A stretch of 62,809 bases of DNA, filler included, from Chrysochromulina tobinii (Eukaryota): assembly GCA_001275005.1 (NCBI GenBank). It is 10 parts of 10 records of this genome, joined end to end, with 100 filler letters (N's around TTAATTAATTAA, not from the genome) between each part and the next. Parts side by side here need not be neighbours in the genome. Positions count along the whole stretch, not along the records: positions 1 to 18,011 come from JWZX01000358.1; 9 more parts are not named here. One strand, written 5' to 3'. The notes beneath the pieces were generated by a model. That model did no database searches and was not told the DNA's origin. It saw only the letters and a program-made list of their open reading frames with translations. The translations under genes were made by a program, and so were the position numbers. Positions 1-12,044 of the stretch are shown here, one piece after another. Each line of letters begins with the position of its first letter. Within the stretch, counting starts at the first letter, position 1.

Positions 1-860
1 TTCTTGGCGCCGAGCACCGCGAGCTCGAGCCCCGCCCCCGTCGCGGCCGCCAGCTCGCGCACGACCACATCAAACGACGGCTTCACGCGCGCCGCGTCGG
101 CAAAGAGCACGGCCGCGACGCCCGCCTCGTCGCGCTGCTCGGCGACGGCGGGCTTCTTGATCGCGGCGTCGAGCGCCACGACCGCCGCCTCGTACTTGGC
201 CATGCCGTCCGCGTCGCCGCTCTTGATCACATTGAACACGCTCCCGTAGACCGACTGAAAGTCCTTGTTTCCCGCTTCGATCGCCGTCTGGCACGCCTTG
301 ACCAGCTCCCCCGCCGCCTCCTCGCTCACGCCCTCGGTGCGCTTTTTAATCTCGGTGGCCATCACCTGATCCACCGCGACGAGCTGCGCACCCAGCGCGC
401 CGACGGCCTCCTCGGAGTCTGGGTCGCGCGCCACGTTCAGCTCGAGCTCGTGCAGCCGGGCGCACGCTGCCTCGATGGCTTCGGTCTTGGCCAGTGTCTT
501 GAATGTATTGAGCGCCTCGGGCAGCTTGGCCGCGTGCTCGTCGTCGCCTTCCGTGGCCGCCGCCGACTTGATGGGGCCCAGCGCCTCGGCCGCCCTCTTT
601 TGAAGCGGCCGGAGCGCTTCGGGCACCTCGGACCGGGCATCGACCTCGCCAACCGGCGGCGTCTCGCCCTGCTTGGCCCCCTGCTCGAGCAGCCAGCGCC
701 CCAGATAGGTGAGCGGCCCTTCCGGCCGCGCGTCGGCCAGCGCATTGATGGCGGCGCTGAGAGCCGCCTCGAGCCTACCGCGGTGCTGGTCGACGAACGC
801 GTTCCGCGCCTGCACGTCGCGTGCGGCGCGCATCCGTCGACGCGCAGGACCAGATTCTCG
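1..860 (-). CDS. Partial hypothetical protein, runs off the window start; N-terminal Dpy-30/RIIa-like docking motif
   Basis: Open minus frame reads ...RLEAALSAAINALADARPEGPLTYLGRWLLEQG...VKPSFDVVVRELAAATGAGLELAVLGAK with high GC3. The start codon is not resolved. Confidence 0.55.
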
Positions 861-1929
861 GAGCCTGCCCTGCTCTGGATTGAATCTAAAGATCGCCCAA
901 AATCTGTATTCTAATCTCCGATATGAGATTTTCATTCGAGGAACTGTGCTTCCAACGCCAGTTCATGTACACGTTCATCCCCGTCGTCATCTGGGCGAAA
1001 TCCAGGAAATATCACCTCCTTAGCGGCGCCCCGCTTGCTGGCCTGTTGCCAGTAGTCATGTAAGCGCGCCCCCCGGGGACGCGCCTGCATGAGCGCCGCT
1101 GTACTGTGTGGTCCTGTTTTCAATTCACACGTTCACGTTAAATTGCCATCTCGGCAAGACTCACAGCCACAGGTCCCGTGGTCGAAGCCAGTTGTGCTAT
1201 ATGCTGACGTGTCATCTACTTTTTGCCGCGCAAACCTTTTCATTTTAAAAGTGAGGACTTTGTTCATGTTTGTATTGAAGTTTGACCCTGCAAAACTTGG
1301 CTACTGTCCAACTGTGCGAAACACACGTTGGAGCACAAAAGGTCAAGCTCTAAACAAGTTCCTTCTCGTGCGACTGAAGATGAATAGATCAAAGGAGGAG
1401 GATGGACGTGAGCGTAGGCCGTAGCCAGTGGACAGAGGTCAGAGCCAGGACGCAGGAGTGGACCCACCCCGGCGCACGGACTGGAACAGCACGGCGACCG
1501 AAATGTAACTAAATAACTACAAGATTCTCGATTCTCGGAGCGTGAGGGAAAACAGTTAAAACATGGCCCATGCGGTCCAACTGTTTCATATGCGCCAGAA
1601 CTCACCGGCGAACCGACGTGTACACGATGGACGGTCGCCCGCGGCATACAGATACACGCAGATACGCACACACATAGTTCATGCGCGAACCGTGATGCGA
1701 GGATATGGCGCCAGACGAGACATCATTGACGTTCACATGAGAGAGACGAGAAAGACTTGCGGTCATCTGCTGCATCCCCAGATCAGAACAGCACGAGAGA
1801 GTTCCCTCACGGAGGCGTCCATATTTGAAACTAGAGGCAGGCAGGGGCGCCACGTGTTCACGACCCAGCTCCACAGTTCACGCGCGCCAAGCCGAAACAA
1901 CGTTGGGGGCTCCATAAAGCCATCGAGGG

Positions 1930-2085
1930 CTTCCAAATTTGGGCTCGGACCCCAAATTGGGGTTGGATGGCGCCCAAATTTGGGCACCGAAGCGCCCAAT
2001 TTGGGCTCAGGAGTGCCAAAATTTGGGCTCAGGAGTGCCAAAATTTGGGCTCAGAAGCGCCCAAATTTGGGCTCAGAAGCGCCCA
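1930..2085. repeat. Tandem ~20-22-bp repeats built on the CCAAATTTGG palindrome, overlapping the ftsZ 3' end
   Basis: ccaaatttgggctc, gcccaatttgggctcagg and ccaaaatttgggctcag recur about 8 times. Confidence 0.85.
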
Positions 2086-3657
2086 AAGAAGCGACCGCGT
2101 GGCGGCGGCTTGGCCGGCGGCGGCGGCTGCGTGTAGCGGGAGGGCGGCGGCGCATACGCCGGCGGCACGTACGGATCCGCCTTCGATCGAGACGATGCCA
2201 CGACGGCCTCCGGAGGCACCTGATGAGGGAGGCAATCAGACAGCCCATCAGTGGCAATCAAGAGGCAATCAGACAGCTGGCGGAGTTCACGACGGCCTCC
2301 GGGGGCACATCGAAGCTCGTCGCGACCACAGTGACCGAGATCTCATCTCCGTAGGTTTCGTCAACCGAGGTGCCGAAGATGATGTTCGCATCCTCCGCGC
2401 AGATATTCGAGATCACGGACGCGACCTCGTTCACCTCCTGCAGCGACATGTCGCTGTTGCCCGTGATGGTGAACACGACGCCCTTGGCCCGTTCGATTGG
2501 GAAGTCGAGCAGCGGCGATGAGATCGCTGCGAGAGCGGCGTCTCGGGCACGCGTCTTACCGAAGCCGCGCCCGATGCCCATCAGCGCCGGCCCAGCGTCT
2601 GTCATCACGGCCCGCACCTGATGAGGGAGGCAATCAGCATGCAATCAGACCCAGCGCCGGCCCAGCGTCTGTCATCACGGCCCGCACCTGATGAGGGAGG
2701 CAATCAGCATGCAATCAGACTCAGCGCCGGCCCAGCGTCTGTCATCACGGCCCGCACCTGATGAGGGAGGCAATCAGCATGCAATCAGCCCCGGCGCACA
2801 TCGGCGAAATCGACGTTGATCAGCCCGGGCTTGATCACGATGTCCGAGATGCCGGTGATGCCCTGGCGCAAAATCTCGTCCGCCATCGAGAAGGCCTCCT
2901 GCAGCGGCACCCCCTCGGGCACGATCTCGAGCAGCTTGTCATTCGAGACCACGATCAAGATGTCCACCTGGGCCTCGAGCGCCTCGATGGCCTCGATGGC
3001 CTGGTTCATCCGTCGTCGTCCTTCGAAGCTGAAGGGTTTCGTCACGATGCCAACCGTCAGGCAGCCGGCGGCCTTGGCGAGCTCGGCGACCACCGGGGCG
3101 GCGCCCGAGCCGGTGCCGCCGCCCATGCCCGCGGTCACGAAGATCATGTCCGTCCCTGCCACTAGCTGCTCGATCTCTGCCGCTGCGTCGATGGCCGAGG
3201 CGCGCCCGACGGCGGGTATGCCGCCCGCGCCGAGGCCGCGCGCCTGATTCTTGCCCAGCTGGATCGTCGTGTCAGCCATCGAGCCCGCGAGCGCCTGCAC
3301 GTCCGTATTGCATGCCACGTACTCCAGGAAGGTCGAGCGCTCCAAATCGCCGGGCGTGGCCAGCCGATTAATCGTGTTGCCGCCGCCACCGCCGACGCCG
3401 ATCACCTTGATCGAGCAGGGCGACATGCCCGGGCTGGTCGGGCGAATGGGCTTCGAGGTGGTCTGCGGAGGCACGTAGTCGACGCCCTTGAACTCGCCCT
3501 CCTGCATCGCGAGCGCGCCCGAGCGCCGATGGGACAAAGCGACGGCCGCCGCGCCGGAGGCGACGGAGGTGCCCGTGGCGAAGCCGCTCGCAGCGCTCGT
3601 GGTGAACCCGCTCACGCCTCGCAGCGTTAGGACCGCGAGAACTAGCAGTGCGCGCAT
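2073..3657 (-). CDS. ftsZ: Plastid division protein FtsZ, nucleus-encoded; exons 3657-2800, 2617-2309, 2219-2073
   Basis: Motifs IKVIGVGGGGGN, GLGAGG, AGMGGGTGSG, KPFSFEGRRR, INVDFAD|VRAVM, ISSPLLD, IIFGTSVD. Signal peptide MRALLVLAVLTLRGVSG followed by F (bipartite leader). GT-AG introns restore the frame. Confidence 0.95.
2220..2308 (-). other. ftsZ intron 2 (89 nt), duplication plus branch-point-repeat type
   Basis: Starts gtgcccccggaggccgtcgtg, a near copy of the exon 3 start gtgcctccggaggccgtcgtg. Ends ctgattgcctccctcatcag. Confidence 0.85.
2618..2799 (-). other. ftsZ intron 1 (182 nt), three abutting GT-AG units of 42, 70 and 70 nt
   Basis: Acceptor cassette ctgattgcatgctgattgcctccctcatcag ends at 2758, 2688 and 2618, each followed directly by gtgcgggcc. 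Confidence 0.9.
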
Positions 3658-3897
3658 CTGTCAGCGTGGATGACGGTGATGGACCTGTCAATGGATGAAG
3701 CGACCTGCTGAGAGGCGCCAACCTGCGCCGCGTAATCATTGTCACAAGACGTTTCGAGAAACTTGACGAACCCAAGTTCGCGAAGTGCAAGTACCTCAAA
3801 AGCTTAGAGATACACGCACGTCAATGCTCGCAACGCGTGCAAACCGACATCGAGACTTCGTAGTCTGCCGCGCTGCGGCAATAACTTTACCGCCACC

Positions 3898-4902
3898 ATG
3901 AACGCCACCGCGCTCGCGCGTCCGGCGCTCCGTGTTACGGCCAAGGACTGCGGCGCGGGCTTCTTCGCGTTGCTGATCTACGCGCTCAACCAGCTCATCT
4001 ACGCCGAGTCGCATGGCTACGCCGCCCACGTGGACTTTGGAGAGCGTTGCCGCGACGGCCGCATCAACCGCTACTACAGCGCCGCGCACGGAACCAACGT
4101 GTGGGACTACTTTTTCCTACCCGTCGCACCAGCGGTGGTGCCGAGCGCGTCCGACGTGCTACTCACGCCGAAGCAACTCTTCAACCTCCATCATCTGGAC
4201 CCCGAGTCCATACAGACCTATCCGCACGGCGTGCATCGCCATCTCAAGCTACCTCGCTGGCGATACGATGAGCCATGGCACTGGACGATGCGCAGCCGCG
4301 CCTACCGGCTCCTTTCGGGTCCCGTTCGTCTCAAGCCCCCGCCGCTGCACGTCGTGCGCACGTTTTACCGCGAGCACATACTCGCGCGCGGTTCCGAACG
4401 GCCACTGCTTGGCCTGCACCTTCGTGGCACCGACAAGCTCAAGAATATCGGTGGCCGCATCATCGGGCCTGCGGAATACCAACCGCTCGTGGGCGCGTAC
4501 CTCACGCGCCATCCCGACGCGCTCATCTTCCTCGCCACCGACTCGCCGGCTTTCCTCGCCGAGATGCGCCGCCGCTACCCCGACACGCTCGTCGTCTACG
4601 ACGCGCTGCGCTCGGAGCGCAACGTCTTCATCGATCGCAAGGTGGCGGACACGTACAAAAAGGGCGAGGACGCGCTCGTGGATGCGCTGCTGCTCTCGTG
4701 CGCCAACCTGCTCATCAAGCCCGCCTCGGCGCTCTCCGAGTTTGCCGTCTATTGGAACCCGCAGCTGCACAACCACACGCTCGAGCTCCAGTACGAGGTG
4801 GGGCTCGACGTGCCCGAAACACTCAAGGCGCATTTTGCGAGCGAACGCGACCGGTTGCGGGGGTTTGAGCGCTGCGCGCCCGTTTTGAGGGCAGCAGCTT
4901 GA
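3898..4902 (+). CDS. NodZ-like / O-fucosyltransferase-fold glycosyltransferase
   Basis: GAGFFA, NVWDYFF, LGLHLRGTDK, IFLATDS, GEDALVDALLLS..LLIKPASALSEFA match the GDP-fucose-binding motifs of GT23/NodZ-type enzymes. Confidence 0.8.
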   Translation: MNATALARPALRVTAKDCGAGFFALLIYALNQLIYAESHGYAAHVDFGERCRDGRINRYYSAAHGTNVWDYFFLPVAPAVVPSASDVLLTPKQLFNLHHLDPESIQTYPHGVHRHLKLPRWRYDEPWHWTMRSRAYRLLSGPVRLKPPPLHVVRTFYREHILARGSERPLLGLHLRGTDKLKNIGGRIIGPAEYQPLVGAYLTRHPDALIFLATDSPAFLAEMRRRYPDTLVVYDALRSERNVFIDRKVADTYKKGEDALVDALLLSCANLLIKPASALSEFAVYWNPQLHNHTLELQYEVGLDVPETLKAHFASERDRLRGFERCAPVLRAAA

Positions 4903-5457
4903 CCGGACATGTGGAGACTATACTACTATCTAGGATCGTTTACGCCGCGCGACTTTCATGTTTCGCTGCGAGATCTCATGCGGCCGCGCTCCGGCTCCAC
5001 ATGTCATCACATGTCGACCCCTTGCCTCAATCCGCGCGGCGCTCTCGTGACTCCGTCACATCGCCGCAGTCGCGCGCGTCATCTGGCCTATCGCTCCACC
5101 GCTCTGAGCCGGTCCCTCGCCTCAATCGGCGCGGCCACTGGCACTGCGCCACCTCTTTCCGTTCACACACTCTCACTCGTCAGTCGTCACTAGAAAATGC
5201 TCACTCGTCCGCGTGTCGCGCCGTCGTCGTCCCGGGCTCACAGATCATACATCATAGTTCTCAATTGATAGTTCTCACACAGATGTTCTCACACAAAGTT
5301 TTCACTGTGATCTTCTCCTACAGAGTACAGACCATGGTTATGTGGGAACATCAGCACAATCACACAGATCCTGGATAATCGGTCTTCGATGTGTGAACAT
5401 GATGTGAACTTTGGAAAACGGGTGTCATCTCGTTGCCCGAGCTTCCGTCGCTGTGCG

Positions 5458-6078
5458 ATGACGCATCCTCGCTTCAGCACGCTGCTGGCGCTCGTCCTGA
5501 TCGCCGTCGCCGAATGCTATCACGTGGTCAGCGCGCCGCTGCCGTGCGTGCGAGTAGCTGCACGAGCTACGCCGGCGCCCGTCATGATGGCCAAGAAACA
5601 GGCGGCGGGGAAAAAGGTCCAGGTCGTGCTCAGCCAGACGATCAAGGGCATCGGCAACAAGGGCGAGCTCGTGTTGGTGGCGCCGGCGTATGCGGAGAAC
5701 GTCGTCGTTCGGGGCGGGCTGGGCGTGATCGCCTCACCCGAGATCTTGGCGGACATTGCGGCCAACGCGGCGAAGGACGCAGCAGCGGCGAAGGCGGCAA
5801 AGGATGCCGCCATTGATGCCGACAAAAAGCTCGATGCCGTCTTCGGCAAGCAGGGCTGCTTGATCAAGAAGAGCGTGGGCCGTGACGGCGCCATTTTCGG
5901 CTCGATCACCGCGGCGGAGGTCGCCGATGCGATCAAGGAGCGTGCGGGCCTCGTCGTAGACAAGAAGGACATCGAGCCGCCTACGATGAAGGGCGTGGGC
6001 ACGGGGACGGCCGAGGTGAAGCTGCACAAGGAGGTGACACACAAGCTCAAGATCGTGGTGGCGCCGGCCACATTATGA
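5458..6078 (+). CDS. rpl9: Plastid 50S ribosomal protein L9
   Basis: Signal peptide and transit region, then VQVVLSQTIKGIGNKGELVLVAPAYAEN and GAIFGSITAAEVADAI...VKLHKEV. Confidence 0.9.
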   Translation: MTHPRFSTLLALVLIAVAECYHVVSAPLPCVRVAARATPAPVMMAKKQAAGKKVQVVLSQTIKGIGNKGELVLVAPAYAENVVVRGGLGVIASPEILADIAANAAKDAAAAKAAKDAAIDADKKLDAVFGKQGCLIKKSVGRDGAIFGSITAAEVADAIKERAGLVVDKKDIEPPTMKGVGTGTAEVKLHKEVTHKLKIVVAPATL

Positions 6079-6404
6079 GGGGCCGTAGCGAGCCTGCCGC
6101 TCCCGAGCCGCCGCATGAGGCATGCAGACTGTCTCAGACTCGGTCGTGTAGACGCTCTTCCTCGCCACAGACCGAGTACGTATCGCTGTCGGTCGCGCGG
6201 CGACGGTGCGTAAGTCGGTGCACTGTGTGTGTGTACTTTCTTTGTTACTTTCGCACAACCGACCGTAGCCCTTTTCCGCAGTGTTTCCCGCAGTGGGATC
6301 GCGCAGTAGATCAGACCACTCGCTCGGTCGTCGGTGCACACTCTACGGTATTAGGGCCCTCCAGGCACCACGCTCTAGGACTAGGTGCCCATCACTCGCT
6401 CGGT

Positions 6405-9400
6405 TCAGACGTTGAGCGGCCGGCTCCTGCCGACCACGCCTCCCACAGCCTCAGTCAACTGAGCCGCTGTGGGCGAAGGCACGCGCGCCGGGTAGCCCCC
6501 AGCTTGGCCCGGACTCTCCCTGACGAAACCCGGGGAGCCTGCCTGACCCAGCGCCGTCGTGGGCGCATGCGGCGGCGGCGCGCCGTCAGGCCCCGGGAGG
6601 CCGTGGGGAGATCCGGGGAAGGCGATGGGCCTGTGCTCGGCGAGCTGCTGCCGGCGGGACTTGTGCACCGGCGTCAGCTTGAGGCCGGGGTGCGTCGCGC
6701 CGCCGTGGGCACCGCTCGGCGGCGCGGCGGGGGGATGGCTGCTGCTGCTGCTGCCCACGCCGGCGCGGGGCGACCCCCCTGTCCTTAAGGCGCCCACCAC
6801 GACGCCGCCTTGGGCGAGCGTGCCGCGCGCTATCGTGGGCGTCGAGCGCGAGAGTCCCAAACTGGGCAAGCTCACGCCGTGCTGAGCGCCGTGCTGAGCG
6901 CTCGGCGTCGTGGCGGGCGTCGCGGGTGCGCCGATGACGCGCGCACCCGCGACGACAACGGCCGGGTTCACGCCCATATTTGGAACAAACGTATTCGGAA
7001 CGTCCGTGCCCATATTTGGAGCGTCCGCCCCAAAAGGCGAGCGGTTCACACCCATATTTGGAGCGTCCGCCCCAAAAGGCGAGCGGTTGCGCGCCTGAAC
7101 ATGCGCCCCCATGGAGCTCGTGCTGCCCGCGACGGCGCCGCGCAGCGCCGTCCTGGGCGGCAGTCCACCACGGGCTGTGTGGCCCGCGCCGATGGCGGCG
7201 CCGTCCTGGGCGGCGGCTCCAATGGCGGCGGCGGCGCCGCCGATGGCGGCGGCGTTGGTCCAGGGCGCCGCGTCGGGCGCCGCGTAGGGAGAGGAGGAGT
7301 CGGCGCCCGACTCGGCGCCCCCTTCCTTTTCGGGCAAGTATGAGGCCGTCCGTAACGGCTCGTCCATGCCCGACGGTTGGGCGCTGACGTTCATCGTCGG
7401 GATTGAATTGCGGACTTGCCTCGGGGCACCTGATAATGAGGGGGGCAATCAGGTGGCACTCAGCGTGGCTGGCCATCAAGAGGCCATCAAGAAGAGGCAG
7501 TCCGATGCCATCAGATGCAATCCGATGCCATCAGATGCGATCAGATACAATCAGATGCACTCAGATGCACTCACCTTTCCATGTAGGCTCTGGATGGATG
7601 GGCGTCGCCTTCGCCAGCGGCGGCGGCGGGTTGACCTCCACACGCACCACCATCTCGCCAAAGTCGGCCCCTACGGACACGATGCCCCAACGTCGCAATC
7701 AGAGGCAATTAGAGGCAATCAGAGGCAATTAGATGCAATCTCGCCAAAGTCGGCCCCTTCGGAGACGATGCCCCAACGTCGCAATCAGAGGCAATTAGAG
7801 GCAATCAGAGGCAATTAGATGCAATTAGAGGCAATCAGATGCACTCACCTTCGGACACGATGCCCCATCGCGTTCGGTTGGTTGGGTTGCGCACGAAGCG
7901 GTGCTGCTGCGCGCCCCTCTCGTCCGCCGGGTCACCGCTCGCGTTCGCGGGCTTATCCGCGACCTTAAGCCCACTCAATTGGCTTGTGAGGTGGTCGCGC
8001 AGCTGCAGCAGCGAATGAAGCGACGACTTGACGAGCATGGAGCGCTCGTGTTTCGAAGCTTCGCGCATCCGTGAGAGCGCATCCCATGCCTCGTGAGACG
8101 ATTGGAGGGCCTCGCCGAGCGCCGCCTGATGAGGGAGGTAATTAGGGAGGCAATTAGGGAGGCAATTAGGGAGGCAATTAGGGAGGCAATCAGGGAGGCA
8201 ATGAGGGAGGCAATCAGGGAGGCGATTAGGGAGGCGATTAGGGAGGCAATCAGGGAGGTAATCAGGGAGGTAATGAGGGAGGTAATGAGGGAGGCGATTA
8301 GGGAGGTAATTAGGGAGGCAATCATGTTGGAGCGCTTCTCCGAGGGCCGCTTGATGAGGGATGTAATTAGGGAGGCAATCATGTTGGAGCGCTTCTCCGA
8401 GGGCCGCTTGATGAGGGATGTAATTAGGGAGGCAATCATGTTGGAGCGCTTCTCCGAGGGCCGCTTGACGAGGGAGGTAATTAGGGAGGCAATCATGTTG
8501 GAGCGCATCTCCGAGGGCCGCTTGACGAAATTAGAGGTGCAATCAGACACACTCAGAGGCATTTCGAGAGGCACTCAGCTGGGCGAACTAGAGAGGCAAT
8601 CGGCGACACCTTCACGTCGTCCGGGGAGGACATCATCAGGTCCCACGCGTGCTGCAGCTCATGTGTTAATTGCGATCTCTCGCCCTCGAGATCGGCCACG
8701 CGCCGCCGAAGCTTCTCCGCCTCTGCCTCCGCCGCTGCCGCTCGAATGTCAAAGTCTTTCTGGACGGCGTCCATCTTCGCCTTCGAGTCCTTGCCAAAGT
8801 TCTGCAGCCGTTCCTCGAGGCTCGACACGTACCTGTGGGGAAAAGGCACTCGATCGCAATCAATGCTCATCAGTGCTCATCAGTGCTCATCAGCGCTCAT
8901 CAGCGCTCATCAGCGCTCATCAATGGCATTCACGCACGATGATCGGTCGTTGAGCTGCTGGCTCAGAGCGCCCGCTTTCTCATGAGCCTCTTTGAGCTGC
9001 GCCTCGAGCGCGCGCTTGGTGGCGAGGTGCTCGCGTGCAGACGCTTCGTAATTGGCTCGCATCGTCTCGATTTGGGCCGCTTGCCTCGCGCACCTGATGA
9101 GGGACGCAATTAGGGAGGCCATTAGGGAGGCAATGAGGGAGGCCATTAGGGAGGCCATAGGGAGGCCATTAGGGAGGCAATTAGGGAGGCAATGAGGGAG
9201 GCCATTAGGGAGGCAATTAGGGAGGCAATGAGGGAGGCCATTAGGGAGGCAATGAGGGAGGCAATGAGGGAGGCCATTCGGGAGGCAATCGACTCGATTT
9301 GGGGGCCGCGTGCTTCACGCACTCCAACGTCTTTTGCTCTAACGCCGACGCCGTGGTCGCGAGCTGCGATCTCGTCTGTTCGAGATCGGCCGAGGTCGCG

Positions 9401-11812
9401 GCGAGAATCTTCTTTGTGTTTTGGAGCAGCTCGAAGGTCTGCGAAGGAGGAGGTCGGACGTGAGCGGCAATTAGGCGCACTCAGGCGCACTCAGGGAGGC
9501 ACTCAGGGAGGCACTCAGACGCACTCAGACGCACTCAGGGTACAATCAGGCGCACTCAGTCGCACTCACCTGCGCCAGGTCGGTGCGCGTCGCGTCGAGC
9601 TCGCCCATGAGCTGCCGGATCTCGCCCAAGGCCTTGTCGTGCTGGGCACGCACCGCCCGGAGATCGTCCTGGAGATTGTGCAGTCGCTTCGCGCTCTCCT
9701 TGCTCTCCTCGAGCCAGTCCCTTTTTTGGGCGCGCAGCTCCTGCGAGCAATTGAGGGAGCAATCAAGGGAGCAATTGAGGGAGCAATTGAGGGAGCAATT
9801 AAAGGGAGCAATTAAGGGAGCAAGTAAAGGAGCCATCAATGGAGCGAATAAGGGAGCAATTAAGGGAGCAATCAAGGGGGTCATCAAGGGGTTCATCAAG
9901 CAGGCAATCTCGCACCTGGAGCTCGGCGAGAATGACAGTGAGCAGATCGTCCAGATCGACGATGTCGGTCGTGAGCGACTCGGAGGGCGCCGTGCTGAGC
10001 GACTCGGGGGGCCGAGGCGGCCCTCCCGCGGCACGCTCCATGGACACGTGTGCCTTGCGTAGCATCGTCTCGAGCCGAAAGATGGTCGCCTCGTTCTCCG
10101 CGTTCTTGGCTTTTACCTGCGGAGGGGACGGCAATCAGACGTCATCAGACGCCATCAGACGTCATCAGACGCCATCAGACACGAACAGACGCAATCAGAC
10201 GCAATCAGAGGCAATCAGCATGCAATCAGACGTCATCACACCTCGGCGAGCACGGCGAGGCTGGCCTCGGCCCATCCGATGAGGGAGGCAATCAGCATGC
10301 AATCAGACGCCATCACACCTCGGCGAGCACAGCGAGGCTGGCCTCGGCCCACCCGCGGTACGCGTTATGCTCTCGCTGCGCCTGCGAGCTTCGCTGGCTC
10401 AGCTCCTCAAATGCCTCGGTCTTCGATTCGAGCGCGCGCGTCGTCACGGCAAGCTCGGACTGGTACGACGCGAGCTCATCCTCCGAGCGCTGCGACGAGC
10501 CAATCAGGTTCGTCAGAGGTAATCAGAGGTAATCAACGCTCGGACTGGTACGACGCGAGCTCATCCTCCGAGCGCTGCGACGAGCCAATCAGGTTCGTCA
10601 GAGGTAATCAGAGGTAATCAACGCTCTGACTGGTACGACGCGAGCTCGTCCTCCGAGCGCTGCGACGAGCGAATCAGGTTCGTCAGAGGTAATCAGAGGT
10701 AATCAGGGGCCATCAGAGGCCATCAGCAGTGGCACTGAGTGAGGCACTGAGTGGCACTCCGATGCCATCTCACCTGCAGCTGGTAGTCGGCTCTTCGAAA
10801 CCCTTCTCTGAGTGGCCATCAGTGGCCATCAGTGGCAATCAGTGGCAATCAGAGGCCATCTCACCTGCAGCTGGTAGTTGGCCTCTTCGAAACTCTTCTC
10901 GGCCTTCGCGCGCATCTGGCGCTCCTCACCTGATGAGGGAGGCAATCAGCATGCAATCAGCCCCGATGCCCATCAGCATGCATCTGGCGCTCCTCACCAT
11001 TGGCGTCGCGCAGCTCGCCGTTGAGGTTCGTCAGCTTCGAGATCTCGGCGAGGAGCTCGGCCTGTCGCGCAAATGCCTCGTGCAGGATCTTGCCTTGCTC
11101 ACCTGATGAGGGACGCAATCATGCCTCATCGTAGTGCTCATCAGAAGTTCTCAGGCGTCCTCAGAGGTCCGCAGAGCTCCTCAGTGCTCCTCAGGAGGTC
11201 CTCAGAGGTCCTCAGAGGTCATCAGGGGTCCGCAGAGCTCCGCAGAGCTCCGCAGAGCTCCGCAGAGCTCCGCAGAGCTCCTCAGAGCTCCTCAGAGGTC
11301 CTCTGCGTAAGGATCTCGCTTGGCTCACCATCCTTCTCCTCGCCAGAGCCGGCGCCGACTGCGCTGAGGATGCGCTCGACGATCTTCTGCTCGATCTCGA
11401 GCTGCGAGAGCTCGCGTCCTCGGTAGTCCGCCTTCACCTCTTCCACCTTGATCTCTCCCGCCTTTCGCGCGCGATCGAGCTTTTCCTCATTCGCCTTGAT
11501 GCCTTCCTTCAGCTTCTCCCTGAGGCTGAGCTGCAGCTCGTCGGCGATGCGGGAGATGAGCGCAAGGACCGAGCCGGATATCGACTCGAGCCCGAGCCCC
11601 ACTATCTGCCGCATCGCCTCCCACTTCTCCTCGTCCTCATCCGCAAACACCTGCAGCTGCTCGAGCAGCTCCTGCGACGCGCTCCCGATCGCGACCTCGA
11701 CGTCCTCGTCGACGCTCTTGAGCGACGGCGCGCCCAGCGAGTCCTTGGTCGGACTCAGCCTCTTGGCCAGCTGCGGCGCCGAGCGGTTCTGGCGCGTGAC
11801 GGCCTTGAGCAT
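6405..11812 (-). CDS. Large multi-exon coiled-coil protein with a low-complexity Pro/Gly/Ala C-terminus; roughly a dozen or more repeat-rich introns
   Basis: Heptad-rich exon fragments (ELQLSLREKLKEGIKANEEKL; ECARQAAQIETMRANYE; ELRAQKRDWLEESKE; YVSSLEERLQNF) are separated by GT-AG introns such as 11103-11328, 10930-10997 and 10490-10864. The exon map is only partly resolved. Confidence 0.7.
8126..8530 (-). repeat. Intronic 12-mer array (ctaattgcctcc/ctgattgcctcc) plus four 60-bp-period diverged copies of the next exon start
   Basis: Plus strand shows attagggaggca repeats and atcatgttggagcgcttctccgagggccgcttg four times. Confidence 0.85.
9093..9322 (-). repeat. Intron with a 12-mer array, starting with a diverged copy of the following exon
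   Basis: Intron starts gtgcgtgaagcacgcggcccccaaatcgag and the exon starts gtgcgcgaggcaagcggcccaaatcgag. The interior is ctaattgcctcc/ctcattgcctcc repeats. Confidence 0.8.
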
Positions 11813-12044
11813 CCTCCGATGAGTCGGCGGCGGGCGAAACGGCGCACAAAAGTTGAAGGAAACACCTCGACTTCACGTTCACGTTAAAATTGCCAACGCG
11901 GAACACCTCGTCTATTCCAAGCTGTGGTCGGGTCACGTACAATTAGCCTCTGTCACTTGGGGCCCTTGGGATTTCGTCCACAAATCTGAGACGCTGCAAA
12001 AGGAGATTCGCTCCAAAACGCACCGCCCGTCGCCACCGCGAGGC

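Noticed and set aside
2586..2790. CRISPR-like regular repeats (also 8330-8520, 10455-10700, 60385-60615)
   Set aside because: The intervening sequences are copies of each other or of exons rather than unique spacers. No cas genes, and the context is eukaryotic.
2073..6078. ftsZ and rpl9 as a bacterial or plastid genome fragment
   Set aside because: Both have signal and transit leaders, and ftsZ has spliceosomal introns, so they are nuclear genes.
7975..10617. ORFs reading REAIREAI, IASLIASL or MREAISMQS
   Set aside because: Translations of intronic microsatellites, not proteins.
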